Shown here: positions 50,860 through 61,143 of the stretch, piece by piece | Layout: each line of letters starts with the position of its first letter | Position numbering within the stretch: position 1 is the first letter of the stretch | NCBI GenBank assembly: GCA_036918135.1 | Contig: JBALDB010000002.1 | Span: forward strand, 160,001 to 224,000 | Length of the DNA: 64,000 nucleotides | Reading direction: 5' to 3' | Source: Nostoc sp. | Lineage (GTDB): Bacteria; Cyanobacteriota; Cyanobacteriia; Cyanobacteriales; Nostocaceae | The notes under the pieces: generated by a model | Database searches by the model: none | What the model was told of the DNA's origin: nothing | The model's input: only the letters and a program-made list of their open reading frames with translations | Translations under genes and position numbers: made by a program

Positions 50860-52512
50860 TTACGATGGGGTAGGTTCAACAATCGTGTTATTAACTTTGA
50901 AGACAGAAACTTCTTGACGTAAGCCACGAGCGACTTGATTAAGTTGAGCGATCGCATTATTAATTTCTCGCAGCGAATCGGCTGTTTGTATAGAAGTACT
51001 ACTCAACTGCATCATCGCATCACTAATTTGTTGTGCCCCTACTGACTGAATTTCCATTCCCTGATTCACAGATTCAAAACGTGGGTTTAAGTCCTGTACT
51101 TGTTGGATAATTTGCCCAATCTGGGTACTAATATTGCCCACATCTGCCACACTCCGCCCTACTTCAGCCGCAAATTTATCCATTTCCATCACCCCTGTAG
51201 AGACGGAAGATTGCATTTGTTTGACCATCTGCTCAATGTCGAGGGTAGCGACTGCGGTTTGGTCTGCTAATCTGCGAATTTCTCTAGCAACTACGGCAAA
51301 ACCTAAACCATATTCCCCAGCTTTTTCGGCTTCGATGGCTGCATTTAACGACAGTAGATTAGTTTGGTCAGCTACTTTGGTGATTGTCAGGATAATATTA
51401 TTAATATTGTTAGCTTTTTGGCTGATAACTCCCAATCTGGCAGCAATACTATTTGTTGCTTCTGCTAACTGTCGCATACTTGCTTCCATCCGCATCAAAT
51501 CTTTTTGGCTGATGTTGGCGGCGGTTGTTGTGGCTTGCGACATAGTGACCACTAGTTCCATTGTGTTGAGGAGTTCTTTAGAAGTGGCGGCGATTTCTTT
51601 GGCTGTGGCTGTGACTTGATTCGTCGAGGCCACTTGTTCTGCAAGTGTTGCTTCTAATTGTTTGCCAGAAGCACCTACTTGCGTGGCTGAGGTTGTTACC
51701 TGAATACCTGAGCCTTGTACTTGACGAATTAAGATACTCAGCTTTTGAATCATAGTTTTAAAAGATTCCAAAAGTTGTCCAATTTCATCTTTTTTATTGA
51801 ATTCACTATCAGCCAAAGATGAGGTTAAATCCCCAGCAGAAATCTTACCTGCTACATTTACAGCAGTAGATACTCTAGTGCCTAAAGACTTGGAAATTAG
51901 AGAAGTTATAAAAATGGCGATCGCTACAGTTGAAAGTGTTACGAACACCGCTAATAAGCTCATAAAGTTGAGCATTGCTTTTGTACTTTCAATACTTTGT
52001 GCCATAATTTCTTTTTCTCGACTATTAAATTCCTCGTTTAATTGAAGTAATTCATCGTTTAGATCTCTCGATTTTTCCAAATATTGCTCAGTTAAAACTT
52101 TATTTTTGTCGATATTTGGTATTGCGATAGTACTTTTAACCAAATCATCTAATTCTTCAAAAATATTATGCATTACTTGTAATCTTTCTTTTTGTGATGT
52201 ATCTTCAACAACATTGGATGCACGATTTAAAGCATCGTGAAAACTTTTTTTAAAAGTTGTGTATCTTTTTAAAGCATCCTGATACTTTTTCGGATCGTAT
52301 AAATATCGACGAATAGAAAGATTCATATTAGATACGCTCAAAGCTATATCATTTGTTCCTAAAATAGCTTCGTGTGAAAATCCTACCTGTTTATAACTTT
52401 TTTCTACCTGATTTGTAGTAACATAAACTATCGTACTAAAAATAAAAATTAAAATTGTGGGGATGGAAAATCCCAGTAAAGTCTGGTTTTTTAGTTTCCA
52501 ATTAGCAAGCAT
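50860..52512 (-). CDS. Second methyl-accepting chemotaxis protein (WspA-like) with a different sensor domain
   Basis: Two TM helices, HAMP (KDEIGQL), and the same signalling-tip motif. Confidence 0.95.
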   Translation of the reverse strand: MLANWKLKNQTLLGFSIPTILIFIFSTIVYVTTNQVEKSYKQVGFSHEAILGTNDIALSVSNMNLSIRRYLYDPKKYQDALKRYTTFKKSFHDALNRASNVVEDTSQKERLQVMHNIFEELDDLVKSTIAIPNIDKNKVLTEQYLEKSRDLNDELLQLNEEFNSREKEIMAQSIESTKAMLNFMSLLAVFVTLSTVAIAIFITSLISKSLGTRVSTAVNVAGKISAGDLTSSLADSEFNKKDEIGQLLESFKTMIQKLSILIRQVQGSGIQVTTSATQVGASGKQLEATLAEQVASTNQVTATAKEIAATSKELLNTMELVVTMSQATTTAANISQKDLMRMEASMRQLAEATNSIAARLGVISQKANNINNIILTITKVADQTNLLSLNAAIEAEKAGEYGLGFAVVAREIRRLADQTAVATLDIEQMVKQMQSSVSTGVMEMDKFAAEVGRSVADVGNISTQIGQIIQQVQDLNPRFESVNQGMEIQSVGAQQISDAMMQLSSTSIQTADSLREINNAIAQLNQVARGLRQEVSVFKVNNTIVEPTPS

Positions 52513-52980
52513 TTTTCGTTTTGATTATTTAATAATTTGAACCCGCCAGTCTAACATACACTCCAAATAATTACCCCAATTTCAAACTCTTTAACTTGAT
52601 GTTCAATCAGATTAGGTAGTATTGTTAATACTTGAGATAGCCAATTAGAAAAAACTTGGAATTCCAAATCAAAAATTCAAAATTGGGATTAGATAGATTG
52701 TCGTAGACTTCTATCGAAGGTAAACAAGCCTTCAGTGCCTAGAATTCCCAAATTAGGAACCAAATTAACAATTAGTAGTTTTAAAAATTAAAGAAATTTA
52801 TGAAGCTGCTGAAAACAATATAAAAAATTCTTAACTATTAAGTTAATAAACTCAACTATACTTCAACTGCAACAAATAAGTTAGAGCGGGCTTTCCGTCC
52901 CATCCAACAGGATTTTTATAAAATTTAGATATACAAATTAGATGTGAAACAGCTTATTTATTCAGCTACATGCCCATTTT

Positions 52981-54225
52981 TTAACGCTGCAATCTGTAGA
53001 TCCGCTGCCAAAGCAGATTAGCACTAATCCTATCTCCCTGCTGTTCCTTGAGTAATGCTAAATGAGTCAATGCTGCTTCGTGATTAGGTTTTAGATAAAT
53101 TGCTTTATGAAAATATTGTGCCGCCTGCTCATTGTCTCCCATTGCTTGCTGCACTTGTCCCAGAAGAACATAAGCTTCAGCATTCATTTGATTTTGATTA
53201 AGGTAATCGTTGCATAGTTGCACTGCTTCATCTAAGCAACCTCGATTGGCAGCAGTTTTAGCTAGCTCTAATAAGTCTGGGTTGAGGTTGTTTGCAGCCA
53301 CCGGTTTCTCGAGAGGAACTTCTACCTTATTCTCCACTGGAAATTGATAGCAGTTTTGTGTTGGTAACTGCGGCTCGATTGTTGATTTGTAATTGCTGGG
53401 AATAGTATAAGTTTTCTCAACAACATTTTCATGGTTACTCAACTTTTTATAGGCAACTGCTGGAGATTGGCGTACTGAGACAAACTGAGTTTTCATGAGT
53501 AACGCAGCTTCAGCATGGGCGACAAACAATAAACCCCCTTCGATTAGCAACCTTTCTAAGATGCGAATAGTTTGTTCTTTAGTGGCAGTATCAAAGTAAA
53601 TCAATAAGTTCCGGCAAAAAACTACATCATAAACCTGTGTATTAATTAAAAAATGAGGATTAGCTAAGTTAGCGTTAATAAAATTTACTAAGTTTTTGAC
53701 TGATTCTCGCAGGCGATATCTTGAATTTGTTAATTCAAAATAGCGTTCTTGAAAGAAAAGATGTTTACCGCGAAACGAGTAATTATCGTAGATTGCTCGT
53801 TGGGCTTTCAATAAACATTGTTTGCTAATATCAACAGCATCAATGTGAAATTGAGCAGATGTTAATCCTGCTTCTAAAAGTGCGATCGCAATCGAATATG
53901 GTTCTTCTCCTGTGGCACAGGGTACGCTCAAAACCCGCAGTACACCTTGGGGTTTCTTTGGCAACCATTCCGATAATACATAATGTTTGAGAAATGTAAA
54001 TGATTCTGGCTCGCGAAAAAACCAAGTTTCTGGAACAATCACACTGTCAATTAGTATGTCCCATTCTTGCGGAGAATCCTGTAAATGTGCTAAATAGCTA
54101 GACATTTGTTTGATACCACAATCTGCCATTCGTTGATAAATAGCACTAGCGATCGCACCATAACCAATTGAGTTAACATCTAAACCAATTTTGCTTTTTA
54201 GTAAAGCTTCGATGACAGATTGCAC
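52981..54225 (-). CDS. cheR: CheR methyltransferase with C-terminal TPR (WspC-like)
   Basis: VPETWFFR, SVPCATGEEPYS, AVDIS and FCRNLLIYF motifs plus TPR repeats. Confidence 0.95.
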   Translation of the reverse strand: MQSVIEALLKSKIGLDVNSIGYGAIASAIYQRMADCGIKQMSSYLAHLQDSPQEWDILIDSVIVPETWFFREPESFTFLKHYVLSEWLPKKPQGVLRVLSVPCATGEEPYSIAIALLEAGLTSAQFHIDAVDISKQCLLKAQRAIYDNYSFRGKHLFFQERYFELTNSRYRLRESVKNLVNFINANLANPHFLINTQVYDVVFCRNLLIYFDTATKEQTIRILERLLIEGGLLFVAHAEAALLMKTQFVSVRQSPAVAYKKLSNHENVVEKTYTIPSNYKSTIEPQLPTQNCYQFPVENKVEVPLEKPVAANNLNPDLLELAKTAANRGCLDEAVQLCNDYLNQNQMNAEAYVLLGQVQQAMGDNEQAAQYFHKAIYLKPNHEAALTHLALLKEQQGDRISANLLWQRIYRLQR

Positions 54226-54249
54226 GATTTGTATAGTCTTCAGACCAAT

Positions 54250-54720
54250 CTAAACTGCTGTGTTTAAAATACTTTCAGGCAAGAGATTAACTTGCTCTGC
54301 CTCAGATAACAAGTACTCAATCCGAATGCACTGAATCATACCCTTGTCATCTAAGATTATCTTGCCCAAGTATGGTGCTGCATCTATCTGAATATTACAA
54401 TCAACAAACTCACTCTCAGACTTGTGCAATGTTTCTACAACCTGTTGTGCCATCAAGCCTAAAATGTATTTAATATTATTAGACCCACAATAGTTAACTA
54501 ATATAATCCGCGTACTCAAGTTATGGCTACAAGGTTCGCCCCGCATCAACTGGCATAAATCGATGACTGGTGTAATCCGTCCGCGATAGTTAAATACACC
54601 AGCGATGTGTTCTGGCTTGTGTGGCAGGGTTTTGAGCAAAACTAGCGGTACAACTTCCACAACCTCTTGAGAGGCGATCGCGTACCGCTCATTACCAACG
54701 TTAAGTAGTAACATGAGCAT
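54250..54720 (-). CDS. cheW: CheW-family adaptor (WspB-like)
   Basis: ERYAI....VVEVVP, IAGVFNYRG...PVIDL and STRIILV motifs. Confidence 0.9.
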   Translation of the reverse strand: MLMLLLNVGNERYAIASQEVVEVVPLVLLKTLPHKPEHIAGVFNYRGRITPVIDLCQLMRGEPCSHNLSTRIILVNYCGSNNIKYILGLMAQQVVETLHKSESEFVDCNIQIDAAPYLGKIILDDKGMIQCIRIEYLLSEAEQVNLLPESILNTAV

Positions 54721-54861
54721 GGATTTATCTTATTGACTCAAGCTACCTACTTTATTAACTAAACGTGAGTTCGACAATAGTAGAATCAGCAAAAGTTATA
54801 CGATTTCTTTGTGAGGTTGCGCCAAACTTTTTTGACTTCTTGTTTCTTTGAAATAACAGTT

Positions 54862-55566
54862 CTATAGTCGATTTTTAGTTGGAATTACAATCATTGCAAA
54901 ATATGGTACTTCTGCGGGGTCGACTTCATCCAAGGGTATAATCCGTTGCTGTGTCATGGTTGCCCGCTCAATATATCTTGCCCGCGATGCTAGCCCTAAT
55001 TTATGCAGAATGTCGCGCACTTTAGTAAAATGACGACCTAGTTTCATAATTGCTGCTGCATCGGTCATCAAAAGTTGTGTAGTCAGTTCTTCTGCTGGCA
55101 GTGGGGCAGGCAGGACTGTGAGAATATCATTGTAATAGGTGAAAGGTACGCCCAAGGCGACTGGACAAGCCATCAGTGAGGAAACTCCAGGGACAACTTC
55201 TGTTTGGTACTCGTCACATAACCGCGTGAATAGGTACATGAAGGAGCCGTAGAAAAAGGGGTCACCTTCACATAACACTACGACATCTCGACCTGCTGCT
55301 AAATGAGCGGCGATTGGTTCAACTTCCTTGTCGTAAATCGATTTGGCTTTTTCTGGTTCCAAAGCGCGGGGGAGGTGAAATAACACCTCGATTTGCTCCC
55401 CAGTTAGATACTGCGCGACGATCGCTCTAGCAATACTCTCCCGATCTGTGGCTGATTGATAGGCTACCACAGGAGCCGCACGCAATAACCGCAGTGCTTT
55501 GAGAGTCAATAATTCTGGATCGCCTGGCCCGACACCAATTCCATAAAGACGACCTTTGGTATTCAT
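54862..55566 (-). CDS. cobI: Precorrin-2 C20-methyltransferase
   Basis: LYGIGVGPGDPELLTLKA, EGDPFFYGSF, VPGVSS, MKLGRH, YIERAT and VPYF motifs. Confidence 0.92.
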   Translation of the reverse strand: MNTKGRLYGIGVGPGDPELLTLKALRLLRAAPVVAYQSATDRESIARAIVAQYLTGEQIEVLFHLPRALEPEKAKSIYDKEVEPIAAHLAAGRDVVVLCEGDPFFYGSFMYLFTRLCDEYQTEVVPGVSSLMACPVALGVPFTYYNDILTVLPAPLPAEELTTQLLMTDAAAIMKLGRHFTKVRDILHKLGLASRARYIERATMTQQRIIPLDEVDPAEVPYFAMIVIPTKNRL

Positions 55567-56192
55567 TATTCTTCCTCCGTTGCCAAGGCATTAACTGCGG
55601 CGGCGGCGATCGCACTGCCACCGCGCCGACCATGTAATGTCAAAAATGGTACATTTCTGCTATCTGCTGCCAATGCCGCTTTTGATTCGGCTGCACCAAC
55701 AAAACCCACTGGAAAGCCTAATATTATAGCAGGCTTCGGCACTCCTTCATCAAGCATTTCTAATAGTCTAAATAGGGCGGTGGGGGCATTGCCAATTGCT
55801 ACTACTGACCCTTCGAGATGCGATCGCCATAATTCTAAAGCTGCTGCCGACCTTGTGGTATCAAGACTTTTGGCCATCTCTGGCACTTGAGGATTGTTGA
55901 GGGTACAGATAACTTGATTGTTTGCGGATAACCGCCGCCTGGTAACGCCTTCAGCAACCATCCGGCAATCGCAGAGAATCGGCGCTCCTGCTGCTAGTGC
56001 TGCCCTTGCAGATTGCACTGCTGTTGGTGAATATCCCAAGTCATCGACGATATCGGTCATTCCACAGGCATGTATGAGACGTACAGCAACTTTTGCTACA
56101 TCTGGCGGTACTACATCTAGGTTGGCTTCTGACCGGATGATGGCAAAGGAGTTATGGTAAATTTCATTGGCGTCTCGGATGTAGTCGGTCAT
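55566..56192 (-). CDS. cobH: Precorrin-8X methylmutase
   Basis: SFAIIR.E, RLIHACG, TRSAAA, IGNAPTAL, PVGFVGAAESK and GRRGGS motifs. Confidence 0.95.
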   Translation of the reverse strand: MTDYIRDANEIYHNSFAIIRSEANLDVVPPDVAKVAVRLIHACGMTDIVDDLGYSPTAVQSARAALAAGAPILCDCRMVAEGVTRRRLSANNQVICTLNNPQVPEMAKSLDTTRSAAALELWRSHLEGSVVAIGNAPTALFRLLEMLDEGVPKPAIILGFPVGFVGAAESKAALAADSRNVPFLTLHGRRGGSAIAAAAVNALATEEE

Positions 56193-56266
56193 AGTGGAGA
56201 GTAATGAATTTGCACGCAGAGGCGCAGAGAGTTAGAGATTTAGATGGGTTGGGCTAGTTAAAACTG

Positions 56267-57628
56267 TTATATTTTATACATCTTTATAATTTTCTCTATT
56301 AATGCTGGTAGTTCGGGAAAGGTAACGTATTGGTATAGTTGACGACCGAATTTATAGCTGCTGTTGCTGTCACCAAGATAAACGTGATAGGCTTCGACTG
56401 TTTGATTGTCTGCCTCAAAGTTGACACCGAGTAGGGTGATATCACTTTGGCTATGTTGGGCGCAGGATTTTTGACAGCCAGTAAAGTGGATATTAATTGG
56501 GTGTTCGAGAGTGAGGCTTTCAAGATATTTTGCCAATGCTAATGCATGACTTTTGGTATCGGTGGCAGAAGCGGCACAACCTTTCTTACCAGAACAGGCA
56601 ACTAATCCACTCTTAATGTTGGTTGCTGAGGTATTTAATCCTAAGATGGTAATTTCATTTTGGACATCAGTAAGCTTTTGCTGAGGAATATCTGTTATCA
56701 ATAAATTCTGCCAGGGGGTTAGCCTGACTTCACTGCCGTATTTTGCTGCTAAATCTGCTAAACCCCGCATTTGCCAACTCTCTAGGCGTCCAAGGGGTAA
56801 GACGACACCAATGTAAAATAATCCTTTCTGGCGTTGGGGATGGATGCCAAGATGCTGATATTTAGTATCTATTCTCTGTGCAGCTGGGGATGTTTGACTG
56901 CGGTTAAGAGGAAAAGTTAGACGTTGCTGAACTTGCTGAAGATAATTCTCGCAACCCAAAGTATTTAATAAGTCTCTCAAACGTAGCCGCCGCTGATTAT
57001 TAATATCACTATGATTGAGATAGACATCCGCCAAAGCTGCTAAGACGGGTAAACAATCATTTGGTGGTAACAAAATTTTCGTATCGCTGGGCGGTTGTCC
57101 CTTCGCGCCTACACTCAGATGGAGACGGAAGTAAACATCACCGTCAATTAAGACAGCAGCAAATAGAATATCATTTAGGCGATCGCACACTTGAACTATG
57201 CCACCACCATCAAAGCAAACGCTAAATTTTGCTGAGAGTCCTGATAAGGCTGGATGTGTTGCCAGATAATTATCCCAAGCTTGGACAAAGGGACGAGTGT
57301 CGATTAATTCTTGGGGGTCGATACCAGCAGTTGGGCTGGTCATAATGTTGCGAATGTGGTCTACATCGGTATTGCAACAACCGAGTCCGATATTCTGTAA
57401 GCGGTTGAGAACTTCAGAATCGATAAGAGTGCGGATTTCGCGGATTTGCAAGTTAGCTCGATTAGTCACATCTACATAGCCCCCGCCGTGCAGTTCTGCT
57501 ATCTCTGCAATCGCGCGGCACTGTTTGCTATTAATCATCCCACCCGGAATTCTCATGCGAGATAGGATACCGTCTTCAGCGGGTGTGGCATAAAACAAGC
57601 CAGGACAAGTAGTAAATCCAGAAACCAA
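56267..57628 (-). CDS. cobG: Precorrin-3B synthase (nitrite/sulfite reductase fold)
   Basis: CPG.......DG...R.R.PGG, VTNRANLQIR, LSAKF, RLTPWQN, AC.G..GC and HFTGC.KSCA motifs; upstream of cobH-cobI; TTG at 57628 follows GGAG. Confidence 0.88.
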   Translation of the reverse strand: MVSGFTTCPGLFYATPAEDGILSRMRIPGGMINSKQCRAIAEIAELHGGGYVDVTNRANLQIREIRTLIDSEVLNRLQNIGLGCCNTDVDHIRNIMTSPTAGIDPQELIDTRPFVQAWDNYLATHPALSGLSAKFSVCFDGGGIVQVCDRLNDILFAAVLIDGDVYFRLHLSVGAKGQPPSDTKILLPPNDCLPVLAALADVYLNHSDINNQRRLRLRDLLNTLGCENYLQQVQQRLTFPLNRSQTSPAAQRIDTKYQHLGIHPQRQKGLFYIGVVLPLGRLESWQMRGLADLAAKYGSEVRLTPWQNLLITDIPQQKLTDVQNEITILGLNTSATNIKSGLVACSGKKGCAASATDTKSHALALAKYLESLTLEHPINIHFTGCQKSCAQHSQSDITLLGVNFEADNQTVEAYHVYLGDSNSSYKFGRQLYQYVTFPELPALIEKIIKMYKI

Positions 57629-57687
57629 ACTGAAAACTCCTTCCTTGTGCAACGCAGAAAGTAGACGGTGGTATATCCTGAGGACAT

Positions 57688-57772
57688 CCTGAGAGTTGGC
57701 ATTCTGACTTAGGCGATTCCATCACAGTTGCGGCACAGTCCCGGAATTTCACCGGAGTTTCCCAACCTCAAG
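57688..57772 (-). ncRNA. Cobalamin riboswitch (short form)
   Basis: Minus strand reads GGGAA-CTCCGGTGAAATTCCGG-GACTGTGCCGCAACTGTGA...AAGTCAGAATGCC (B12 box), closed by a CTTGAGGTTGG/CCAACTCTCAGG helix, upstream of cobG. Confidence 0.9.
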
Positions 57773-58058
57773 CTTTAGTAATTTAGCACGATAAGGCGGT
57801 CAATAAACAGGAGTCTGTTAACTGTTAACTGTTGACTGTATAAGGTTGTCTTTTAAGTAAATCAATGCAATAAAACTAAACTGTGTGAATAAAAGTAAAT
57901 AAGGCTCAAACTCTTTCTCTCCCTGCTCCCTGCCCCCTGCCTGGGTAAGCACAAGGCAAGGCTTTCAAGTAGGGCTATGCCAACAGCTCGAATCAGCAAG
58001 TAAATTGCTACATTAAATTTAGAGCGATTTACTCTATTCAGGCTACCGCCGCAACGTC

Positions 58059-60263
58059 GTGATTAGTGGACTTTTAGAAAAACTCCGTGTCTCGTTTGTC
58101 AAAGAGCGGGATTTGCGTAAAACATCCTTGGGCAATGGTTGGCTGCAAATTATTTTGGTTACCAGTGTGGGAGTTACCGCCCTCATCTGGGGAGTTCGCG
58201 AACTCAAATGGTTGCAGGCTTGGGAGTTAAGAGTTTATGACCAGATGTTGCGATCGCGTCCGACACAAGCACCCGATGGGCGGATTTTGATAGTAAAAAT
58301 CACTGACGAGGATCTCCAACAAGAAAAATGGCAACTGTCAGATACTAAAATTAATCAACTTTTACAAAAAATCGAGTCTTATCAACCGCGTATTGTTGGT
58401 TTATATCTTTTTCGCCCGGAAGACAAAAATTTAGCAGTAAAGCAAAATCAAGACAATATTATTGGCACTTGCTTGTTTAGCAGCGTCGGGAGATCTGAAA
58501 TTCCACCACCGCCAAATTTTCCGATAGATAATGTTGGGTTTAGCGATGTAGTTGCCGATCATGAAAACGACCAAATTCTCCGCCGCAGTTTGTTATTCGC
58601 TAATTCTACAGATGAAAAATGTACAACATCGTTTGCATTTGGGGCGTTAATTGCAATTAATTATTTGGAAAAACAAGGCATTGAATATAAATTCACAGAT
58701 AAAGGAGATTTTCAGTTAGGTAAAACTATTTTACCGCGTCTAAAACCTAATTCTGGTAGTTATCAAGATTTGGATGCAGATGGTTATCAAATATTATTAA
58801 ATTACCGTCACCCCAATAACCTCGCCCCTCAAGTGACTCTAACGGAAGTTCTGAGCGATCGCGTTAATCCCAGTTTATTTAAAGACCGTCTGGTAATTAT
58901 CGGTACTACCTCAGCTAGCTTGGTTCCGGGTAGCTTTTATACACCTTACAGTAGTTTACCAGACCAGCCAGCGAGAATGCCTGCTCTGTTTATTCATGCC
59001 CAGATAGCGAGTCAACTGATTGGTACAGTCTTGGATGGGCGACCTTTAATTTGGTACTGGCCTGACTGGGTAGAACTAATTTGGGTGTGGGGCTGGGCGG
59101 TTTTAGGTAGTACTTTAGCATGGTGGTGGCGAAATCCGTTACTTTTGCTAATCGTGGGAGGGGTAACCCTAGTTGTATTAGTGGGAATCTGCGTGATTTT
59201 ATTTCTACAAGCCGGATGGATACCGTTAATTCCCTCTGGCTTGGCTTTCATAATTAGTATTATCAGCGTCATGGCTTATACTAATTATCAAAATCAGCGG
59301 CAGACTCAAGTAATTATTCTCCAAGTTGAAAAACAACAAGCAGCGATCGCTCAATTAAATCTACTCTTGGAAGACAAAACAGCACTTCCAGATTCAGAGC
59401 TTGATTTTCCTCCCACAATCGATTCACCACAAATAAAATCTGGAGATTTACTTTTGAGCGGACGTTACCAAATCTCAAAAGTCTTGGGTGCAGGTGGATT
59501 TGGTCGCACTTATTTAGCACGAGATACTCAACGACCAGGTAATCCGACTTGTGTCGTGAAAAAACTAATGCCAGCTCGCCAAGATAGTAGATTTTTGCAA
59601 GTTGCTCGCAGGTTATTTCACAGTGAAGCAGAAATTTTAGAAACTTTAGGTAAATATCATCAAATCCCAGAACTACTTGCTTATTTTGAAGATAACCAAG
59701 AATTTTATTTAATTCAAGAATATATTGAAGGACATACTTTAAGTGAAGAATTACCACCTGTGCATCACTTAAAAAACGAGTTATTTGTGATTGAAATGCT
59801 CAAGGAAGTTTTAGAAATTTTGGTATTTGTTCATCAACATCGAGTGATTCATCGTGATATTAAACCGACTAATATTATTAGACGCACTCAAGATAATCAG
59901 TTAGTATTAATTGACTTTGGGGCTGTGAAATTGATGCAACCGCCGAGTAGCGAGCAAACAGAATTAGCAACAGTAGCTATCGGGACGCGAGGTTATGCAC
60001 CTCCAGAACAATTTGCTGGTCATCCCCGCTTGTCCAGTGATATTTATGCTTTAGGAATGATTGCCATTCAAGCTATAACTGGAATACCACCACAGGAACT
60101 CCATCCAGATCCAGAAACGGGTAATGTGATGTGGCGACAAACAGCACGAATCAGCCAAGAATTAGCTGTAATTTTAGATAAAATGGTTTGTTATCATTTT
60201 AGCGATCGCTATCAATCAGCCGCCACAATTTTACAAGATTTAAAACGAATTTCAATTAATTGA
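58059..60263 (+). CDS. CHASE2 domain Ser/Thr protein kinase
   Basis: EL..YD.MLR.RP, VGFSD, YQILLNYR and LVIIG (CHASE2); TM helices; LGAGGFGRTY, HRDIKPTN and DFG. Confidence 0.93.
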   Translation: MISGLLEKLRVSFVKERDLRKTSLGNGWLQIILVTSVGVTALIWGVRELKWLQAWELRVYDQMLRSRPTQAPDGRILIVKITDEDLQQEKWQLSDTKINQLLQKIESYQPRIVGLYLFRPEDKNLAVKQNQDNIIGTCLFSSVGRSEIPPPPNFPIDNVGFSDVVADHENDQILRRSLLFANSTDEKCTTSFAFGALIAINYLEKQGIEYKFTDKGDFQLGKTILPRLKPNSGSYQDLDADGYQILLNYRHPNNLAPQVTLTEVLSDRVNPSLFKDRLVIIGTTSASLVPGSFYTPYSSLPDQPARMPALFIHAQIASQLIGTVLDGRPLIWYWPDWVELIWVWGWAVLGSTLAWWWRNPLLLLIVGGVTLVVLVGICVILFLQAGWIPLIPSGLAFIISIISVMAYTNYQNQRQTQVIILQVEKQQAAIAQLNLLLEDKTALPDSELDFPPTIDSPQIKSGDLLLSGRYQISKVLGAGGFGRTYLARDTQRPGNPTCVVKKLMPARQDSRFLQVARRLFHSEAEILETLGKYHQIPELLAYFEDNQEFYLIQEYIEGHTLSEELPPVHHLKNELFVIEMLKEVLEILVFVHQHRVIHRDIKPTNIIRRTQDNQLVLIDFGAVKLMQPPSSEQTELATVAIGTRGYAPPEQFAGHPRLSSDIYALGMIAIQAITGIPPQELHPDPETGNVMWRQTARISQELAVILDKMVCYHFSDRYQSAATILQDLKRISIN

Positions 60264-60282
60264 GTTAGGTTATCAGATCGTC

Positions 60283-60882
60283 ATGAACCCGAATGCTATA
60301 GCCTCTCAATACGACCGAATTGCCCGATGGTGGCAGATTAAGCATCAAGATTCGCCATACGGGATCGCACAATTGGAGCGCGCTATCAAATTTACTTCTA
60401 AGCGGTACTCAGCTATTGATGTAGGGTGTGGAAGTAGTGGACGTTTTATTAACATCTTATCCAAGCATGGATTTCAGACTGAAGGACTTGATATTTCCAC
60501 AGAAATGATAAATTTAGCCAAGCAACTCCATCCAAATATCAAGTTTTACACCGAAGACATCTGCTGTTGGATTCCTCCGAAACTTTACAGCTTAATTTCT
60601 GCTTGGGACAGCACTTTTCATCTGCCACTAAATATGCAAGAGCCTGTTATGAAAAAGTTATGCGATGCTCTTGAACCTGATGGGGTACTGCTGTTCACTT
60701 GTGGTGGTGGACATATAAACAGCGAAATTTCGGGGACATTTCAAGGTCAGAACTTTGAGTATAGCACTTTGGGGGTAGATGCTTTGGTGCGAATTCTTAA
60801 TGAGCATCACTGTACATGCCGCCATCTAGAATATGACCAATATCCGGAAAATCATGTTTATATCATTGCTCAAAAGACCTAA
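60283..60882 (+). CDS. Class I SAM-dependent methyltransferase
   Basis: IDVGCGSSG, GLDIS.EMI, AWDSTFHLP and L.P.GVLLFT motifs. Confidence 0.88.
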   Translation: MNPNAIASQYDRIARWWQIKHQDSPYGIAQLERAIKFTSKRYSAIDVGCGSSGRFINILSKHGFQTEGLDISTEMINLAKQLHPNIKFYTEDICCWIPPKLYSLISAWDSTFHLPLNMQEPVMKKLCDALEPDGVLLFTCGGGHINSEISGTFQGQNFEYSTLGVDALVRILNEHHCTCRHLEYDQYPENHVYIIAQKT

Positions 60883-61143
60883 TCAATCATTGCAGTGGAT
60901 GTATAAGCAATCTGACTGCTATAAATTTACCTCAATCGATACGAAGTTTTTGATAAAGCGATCGCCCCACACTACCAATATCATATTAATGCGAGCGTTA
61001 TTGAATTGAACCTATGGGTTATTATTTACTCATTTTTATTAAGCTTAATTTTTGACAGTTGTCTTTAAATTTTTGTATGCCCGGAGTAGAAACACGCTAC
61101 ATCCTATTGTTAATCTACTTATAGGCATTGAGGAAACAGAGCG

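Noticed and set aside
49215..51619. Two similar plus-strand ORFs (170 and 161 aa)
   Set aside because: Antisense shadows of the two MCP signalling domains; their similarity reflects the MCP duplication.
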